From Verrucomicrobiota bacterium (GTDB taxonomy: Bacteria > Verrucomicrobiota > Verrucomicrobiia > Limisphaerales > AAA164-E04): DNA of 64,000 nt. The position numbers and the translations under genes are program-made. The notes under the pieces were generated by a model. The model saw nothing but the letters and a program-made list of their open reading frames with translations. It had not been told where the DNA came from and did not search any database. Below are positions 58,816 to 64,000 of this stretch, in pieces (position 1 is the stretch's first letter; the number at the start of each line of letters is the position of its first letter). Location of the stretch: positions 1,536,001-1,600,000 of the forward strand of contig CP170459.1 in the NCBI GenBank assembly GCA_047947115.1, given 5' to 3'.

Positions 58816-59178
58816 TCAGAGATGCCCAGGCCATGGGTTTTTATTTCTTTTATAGAATCCTTCTTCTTTGTCATCAAAGAACAATTTGAGCAACGGGTGT
58901 TTGAATTCTATGTCCTGAGGATCCGATTTCAGGCTGGTTTCGGCTACATAGGTGACGGATGAACTCCCGTGGACCAGCACATGGTACCAAGGCTGGTTCT
59001 TGTTCGGTTGAGTGTTATTTTTTTGGTACCAATCTTCTGATGCCTTGAAACGTGTATCCATGGCGACAATTAAGCCACGGTAATCATAGCGCACATGCTT
59101 GACGCGTTGACCTACAAGAAAACGAGGGTTTTTTGGTCCGTCATCATTGGCAATGAATGCATCGTTCCAGCGAAACAT
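58816..59178 (-). CDS. hspQ: Heat shock protein HspQ (YccV family)
   Basis: 'FLVGQRVKHVRYDYRGLI', 'QPWYHVLV', 'TYVAETSL', 'HPLL..FF'. Confidence 0.9.
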   Translation of the reverse strand: MFRWNDAFIANDDGPKNPRFLVGQRVKHVRYDYRGLIVAMDTRFKASEDWYQKNNTQPNKNQPWYHVLVHGSSSVTYVAETSLKSDPQDIEFKHPLLKLFFDDKEEGFYKRNKNPWPGHL

Positions 59179-59216
59179 GGTTTCTCCTATTCAATAACGA
59201 TTATTCTCGTGTGGAA

Positions 59217-62200
59217 TCAATCGTCTCCACCATTGTCCTGACGCTTTCGCTCCCATTTGGGGCGGGTGCGTTCGGGGAGTTCCTTGTCTACTTTCACGTA
59301 GTAGGCTTGTTCGCCGAATAGATGTTCCACTTCTTTCTGGATGTCATTTCCTGGCATGACCTGGTACTTTTCATGTGGTTCCATGAAAGCAAAGTTGCCG
59401 TTGGATTTCATGAAACAAAGGATGAGGGGGCAGGTTCCTTTATGTGTTTCAACCAACTTAACCAGTGTCTCCAGTTTTTCTGAGGTGAACGTTTCGTATG
59501 GGATTCTGAAGTGAATTTGTTGGGTGAAGCGTCGGGGTGCTTCGTCCAGATACATCAACTCTTGAGGAAATATTTTTGGTCGATCCTCGGCATTATTGAC
59601 TTCTCCGATTACCATCAAGGGTTTGTTGACTTCGAACAAATGTCGGTATTTGTCGTAATTGTCGTTCATGCACAAGATCTGCACTGTGCCCTTCAGGTCT
59701 TCCAGTGTGATCATGGCATAGGGTTTGCCACTCTTTTTCGAAAACCCTTGTTGCAGCGCAGATATCATGCCGCCGATTCTTGTCATGCTTCGGTCAGGTA
59801 GGGAGGCGATGCTTTGGGAATCACCCAGGCCATAATTGTTGAGGATGGTTTCATACGGATTCAGAGGGTGACCGGAAACATAGAATCCAAGCAATTCCTT
59901 TTCGGCGGCGAGACGTTCTCCGATGGGCCAATCTTCCACTCGGTCGGTGTCTGTTATCTCGATGTTTTCCGGTTCGTCCATCATGCCGAACAGGGAGGTC
60001 TGGCCCTTGGAACGGTCGGATGCGACGCTGGCAGCCCGGGATAGTGCTTTGTCGATCAACCCAAACAATGTGGCACGGTTTTCTCCAAGAGAATCGCATG
60101 CGCCGGATTTGATCAGGGCTTCCAGGATTTTTCGGTTCAATGAGCGTCCATCAACCCGCATGCAAAGGTCATACATGGAACTAAATTTTTCTCCCTCATC
60201 GCGAGCCCTGAGAATTTGTTGAACTGCAACTTCTCCAACTCCCTTGATAGCCGCCATACCAAAACGAATGACTTTGCCTCCCTGGGCGGGGGCGAAAACG
60301 ACGCGACTTTCATTGACGTCCGGAGGAAGAACTTCCACTCCGAGTTGCTTGGCTTCATCAATCAGAATGGTGAGCTTAGCCGTGTCACCCATGTCATTCG
60401 TCATCATAGCAGCCAGAAACTCGACCGGATATTTGGCTTTGAGGTAGGCAGTTTGATAGGCCACTACCGCATAGGCTGCTGCGTGGGACTTGTTGAAACC
60501 GTACCCTGCAAATTTCTCCAAAAGATCGAATACTTCGTTTGCTTTTGCTGCCGGGATGTTGTTCAGTTTGGCACAACCTTCGACAAACAGTTTGCGATGC
60601 TCCTGCATCACTTCGACCTTTTTCTTACCCATAGCACGACGGAGCAGATCGGCGCCGCCAAGTGTGTAACCTGCCAGGATCTGTGCCGCCTGCATGACCT
60701 GTTCCTGGTAGATCATGATGCCATAGGTTTCTTTGCAAATAGGCTCCAGCAGTGGATGTGGATATTCAATCTCCACTTCGCCATGGCGTCGACGGATGAA
60801 ATCCGGGATCAGGTCCATCGGTCCCGGACGATAAAGGGAAACCAAAGCTGTGATGTGTTCGACAGAAGCGATTTGAAACTTTCGACACAGATCGCGCATT
60901 CCACCGGATTCCAGTTGGAACACACCGATCGTATTGCCTTTATTCAGGAGGTCGTAGGTTTCTTTGTCGTCGAGCGGCAGAGTATCGATATCGATGTCAA
61001 TGTCTTTGGTCAGCTTGACCATCTCGCAGCAGTTGCGGATGACGGATAGGGTTTTCAAACCCAGAAAATCCATCTTCAACAAACCGAGATCCCCCACGGG
61101 ATTCATGGGATACTGCGTAACGGTGCCGCCCTCGTCGTCCTGTTTAAGGGGGAGAACGTTGTAAAGCGGTTCGGCTCCGATGACGACACCCGCTGCATGC
61201 ACTGAAGTGTTCCGGGTGCAATCTTCAAGAATGAATGCGGTGTCGATCAATTCGCGAGTGACATCTTCGGTGTCGTAAGCCTGCTTTAGATCGGGTGATT
61301 TTTCGAGTGAACTGGCCAGATTGATTTTAAGGTCATTGGGAACCATTTTAGCCAGGCGATCGACCTCACCATAGCTCAAGCCCATGACCCGGCCTACATC
61401 ACGGATCACCGATTTGGCGCCCATGGTGCCGAAGGTCCCGATCTGGGCGACACATTCGCTGCCGTATTTTTGGCGTGTGTATTCGATCACATCGGCGCGT
61501 CGATCGTCTGCAAAGTCGATGTCGATATCGGGTGGATTGACACGTTCTGGATTCAGGAATCGTTCAAAGAGCAGTCCGTATCGAATGGGATCGACGTTAC
61601 TGATTTCCAGCAAATAGGTCACCAGAGAACCCGCAGCGGAACCACGCGCCACGCAGGAGATACCTTTGGAACGGCCGTATTGGACGAAGTCACCGACAAT
61701 CAGGAAGTAACTGACGAAACCCATTTGTTCGATAACCCCCATTTCGGTGTCCAGACGGTCGGTCAGGACTTTGGCTGCCGCGGCGATGCCGGGATCCTGC
61801 ATGGCGGTTTCCGGTTTGTAGTCGTCCGGTTTCCCGTTTTTATGGGGGGCTTCGTAAGTGGGAAGCCGGGTTGGGTCTGCCACGCGTTCGACGATAAATT
61901 TCTCTCCGTCCACTCCAACATCGATGTCGTAGCGCTTTTTTAAACCTTCTGCCAGCAGTTGTCGCAGGTATCCTTCGCGAGTGTAATGTTCGGGTGGTTC
62001 AAACACCGGATAATGCAGCTCGCCAAAGTTAATTTCCAGATGGCACTTCTCGGCGACCTCCAGTGTGTTTTTGACGGCGTCGGGAACTTCCTTGAACAGT
62101 TCGGCCATTTCTTCCGCCGATCTGAGATAAAACTGTTCCGGCACATAACTCATGCGCTTGGTGTCATTGAGTTGCGCCTGTGTGCCGATGCAGATCAGCG

Positions 62201-62870
62201 AATCGTGAGCATGTGAATGTTCTTTTTTGATGTAGTGAACATCATTGGTGGCGACCATCTTGAGATCGAATTCACCCGCCCATTCGATCAAATGACGATT
62301 GACCACCTGCTGTTCTGGAATGCCGTGGTTTTGGAGTTCGAGATAGAAATTGTCCTTTCCGAAAATTTGTTTGAACCAATCGATGGCTTCACGCGCTTCC
62401 TGGAGCTTGTTGTGAGAGATGCATGCCGGAATCTCACTGGCAAGGCATCCTGAGAGAGCGATCAGCCCATCTTTGTGGTCTTCGAGAATATCCTTGTCGA
62501 TGCGGGGTTTGTAATAGTAGCCGTTCAGATGGGCATCGGAAACCAGTTTGACCAGATTTTTGTAGCCCGTTTCGTTTTGTGCAAGGAGTACCAGGTGGTT
62601 GTAGACCTCTTTTCCGCCAATGCTGGATTTCTTCTCCAATCTGCTCCCCGGGGCCACGTACACCTCACAGCCGATAATGGGTTTGATGCCTGCTTTGTTG
62701 GCCGCCTGGTAGAAATCGATCGCGCCATACATCACACCGTGATCCGTGATGGCCATGGCTGGAAACTCCAGCTCTTTGGCATAGTTCATGAGCCTGTTTA
62801 CCTTACAGGCGGCATCCAGCAGTGAATATTCCGTGTGCAGATGTAAATGGACGAATTCGGCCTTCCCCAT
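59217..62870 (-). CDS. dnaE: DNA polymerase III alpha subunit
   Basis: [17 protein letters not shown] domain, [30 protein letters not shown]. Confidence 0.99.
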   Translation of the reverse strand: MGKAEFVHLHLHTEYSLLDAACKVNRLMNYAKELEFPAMAITDHGVMYGAIDFYQAANKAGIKPIIGCEVYVAPGSRLEKKSSIGGKEVYNHLVLLAQNETGYKNLVKLVSDAHLNGYYYKPRIDKDILEDHKDGLIALSGCLASEIPACISHNKLQEAREAIDWFKQIFGKDNFYLELQNHGIPEQQVVNRHLIEWAGEFDLKMVATNDVHYIKKEHSHAHDSLICIGTQAQLNDTKRMSYVPEQFYLRSAEEMAELFKEVPDAVKNTLEVAEKCHLEINFGELHYPVFEPPEHYTREGYLRQLLAEGLKKRYDIDVGVDGEKFIVERVADPTRLPTYEAPHKNGKPDDYKPETAMQDPGIAAAAKVLTDRLDTEMGVIEQMGFVSYFLIVGDFVQYGRSKGISCVARGSAAGSLVTYLLEISNVDPIRYGLLFERFLNPERVNPPDIDIDFADDRRADVIEYTRQKYGSECVAQIGTFGTMGAKSVIRDVGRVMGLSYGEVDRLAKMVPNDLKINLASSLEKSPDLKQAYDTEDVTRELIDTAFILEDCTRNTSVHAAGVVIGAEPLYNVLPLKQDDEGGTVTQYPMNPVGDLGLLKMDFLGLKTLSVIRNCCEMVKLTKDIDIDIDTLPLDDKETYDLLNKGNTIGVFQLESGGMRDLCRKFQIASVEHITALVSLYRPGPMDLIPDFIRRRHGEVEIEYPHPLLEPICKETYGIMIYQEQVMQAAQILAGYTLGGADLLRRAMGKKKVEVMQEHRKLFVEGCAKLNNIPAAKANEVFDLLEKFAGYGFNKSHAAAYAVVAYQTAYLKAKYPVEFLAAMMTNDMGDTAKLTILIDEAKQLGVEVLPPDVNESRVVFAPAQGGKVIRFGMAAIKGVGEVAVQQILRARDEGEKFSSMYDLCMRVDGRSLNRKILEALIKSGACDSLGENRATLFGLIDKALSRAASVASDRSKGQTSLFGMMDEPENIEITDTDRVEDWPIGERLAAEKELLGFYVSGHPLNPYETILNNYGLGDSQSIASLPDRSMTRIGGMISALQQGFSKKSGKPYAMITLEDLKGTVQILCMNDNYDKYRHLFEVNKPLMVIGEVNNAEDRPKIFPQELMYLDEAPRRFTQQIHFRIPYETFTSEKLETLVKLVETHKGTCPLILCFMKSNGNFAFMEPHEKYQVMPGNDIQKEVEHLFGEQAYYVKVDKELPERTRPKWERKRQDNGGDD

Positions 62871-62980
62871 GGCGGGCAGTATATCCCTACTGACAAGGGT
62901 CCCAAAGATCAAAAAAGCGAAGTCGCCCTATTTTTCGCAAAACCGGATGATCATCCATCCGAATCGGGGTGAAAAATCAA

Positions 62981-64000
62981 TTATTCATTTTGTGCGGAAC
63001 GCGGAATCCGGTTCAGCGTGTAACAGACAACCGCATGATCGAGGGGTTCATCATCCGAGGAGCGAAGCCCTTTGAAAGTCATTTCATGCACATAACCTTC
63101 TCTCAGTCCATCCACGTCCAGGTTCATCACACGTCGATCCTTTGAAAGTAGGCTGGATCTGATGTTTAATGTTTGCTGGTCGATTTCTTCACTGCCATAG
63201 CTTGAATGGTAGTGGTAGGTATAACTCCGCATATGAACAGGTGAATGTGTGATCCCGGAATGAGGGCCCAGTGGTTTGGTGAAAGTGACTTTGAATCCGC
63301 CGGGTTGCGCGTTGATTCGGTGGATTTCAAAAGGTGTGCTTCCCGCCCAACTCAATCGCTCCATGCCAAACGAACGATGCCCCAAAGAATTCCAGCCACG
63401 ATTTGTTTCGCCAATGATCAGGCCTCCCTGTGCGTCCCATGCCAGCCGGAGCGCCCCACACTGCAAGCCTTCCGCGAATCGAAAACAGGCCCCCTGGTAG
63501 ACGCCTTCCACTTTTTCCATATACACCCGCAGGATCATGGACATGGTAAATTCCCCGACAAAGGCCTGTCCTGCAAACGGTCCGAACTTGCCATCAGTCG
63601 TGTCCCATAAAACGTCCGTTGCACTCATTCCCATGGTGCGATAAGGAAACCATACCGGTGGGAGTTGGTAGGCCGGGATCTGTTGGGCAGCTTCCACAAC
63701 GGTGATGTTTTTGGGGAGGTTTTTTTCAATGTTAAAAGTGGCTTCAGGTCGTCGGCAATGTTCGAGAGCATCTGCATGTCCATGAAACACCCCGCTCTGA
63801 ACATGGAGAAGGGGACATGTGGGAAACCAGTTGCCTTGTTGGTCCGTGGCGAATATTCCCCCGTCCGGATGCAATCCCATTCCACTAGGTGAGCGAAATC
63901 CTCCTGAGACCGGTTGCCAGGATCCGTCAGGAGTCACTTTGATGCTCCAACCGCGCCATGCTGTATCCTCGGGAACCGGTCCTTTTCCAATGCCTATGTT
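62981..64000 (-). CDS. PVC-type dehydrogenase-like beta-propeller protein (5'-partial; runs off the window)
   Basis: Frame open to the window edge; 'GFRSPSG', 'TDQQGNW', 'GKFGPFAGQAFVGE', 'YQGACFRF', 'GETNRGW', 'YTLNRIP'. Confidence 0.85.
   Translation of the reverse strand, partial: NIGIGKGPVPEDTAWRGWSIKVTPDGSWQPVSGGFRSPSGMGLHPDGGIFATDQQGNWFPTCPLLHVQSGVFHGHADALEHCRRPEATFNIEKNLPKNITVVEAAQQIPAYQLPPVWFPYRTMGMSATDVLWDTTDGKFGPFAGQAFVGEFTMSMILRVYMEKVEGVYQGACFRFAEGLQCGALRLAWDAQGGLIIGETNRGWNSLGHRSFGMERLSWAGSTPFEIHRINAQPGGFKVTFTKPLGPHSGITHSPVHMRSYTYHYHSSYGSEEIDQQTLNIRSSLLSKDRRVMNLDVDGLREGYVHEMTFKGLRSSDDEPLDHAVVCYTLNRIPRSAQNE

Noticed and set aside
59217..62870. Intein in dnaE (recA also checked)
   Set aside because: No Cys/Ser...His-Asn splice motifs or homing endonuclease; lengths are near normal.

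Overview
A gene-dense bacterial chromosomal segment with about 42 intact or partial CDSs and two gene remnants. It is very likely from Verrucomicrobiota (inferred from a PVC-type heme-binding protein, a DUF1592/DUF1552 pair, DUF1080, a PEP-CTERM-like protein and a lamin-tail/CotH protein). It carries housekeeping genes (recA, lipA, xth, tatD, glnS, dnaE, hspQ, cysteine desulfurase), an RND efflux pair, dispersed sugar-acid and glycoside catabolism genes, and a cell-surface region at 38.5-58.8 kb. I saw no rRNA, tRNA, CRISPR array, transposase or integrase. Most notable: (1) two giant, unrelated secreted proteins (a 7x lamin-tail/CotH kinase and an MBG-repeat adhesin) that appear to share a ~65-aa C-terminal domain and each have a sigma54-type promoter, suggesting a co-regulated C-terminal sorting system; (2) a 128-nt multi-stem structured element followed by an unannotated 25-aa membrane peptide upstream of the RND pump; (3) a perfect 20-bp inverted repeat; (4) a decayed OmcB-like DUF11 pseudogene; (5) an RHS toxin remnant beside an IHF-consensus site and an apparent local GC-skew flip. 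Family calls come from recognising motifs by eye, not from database searches.
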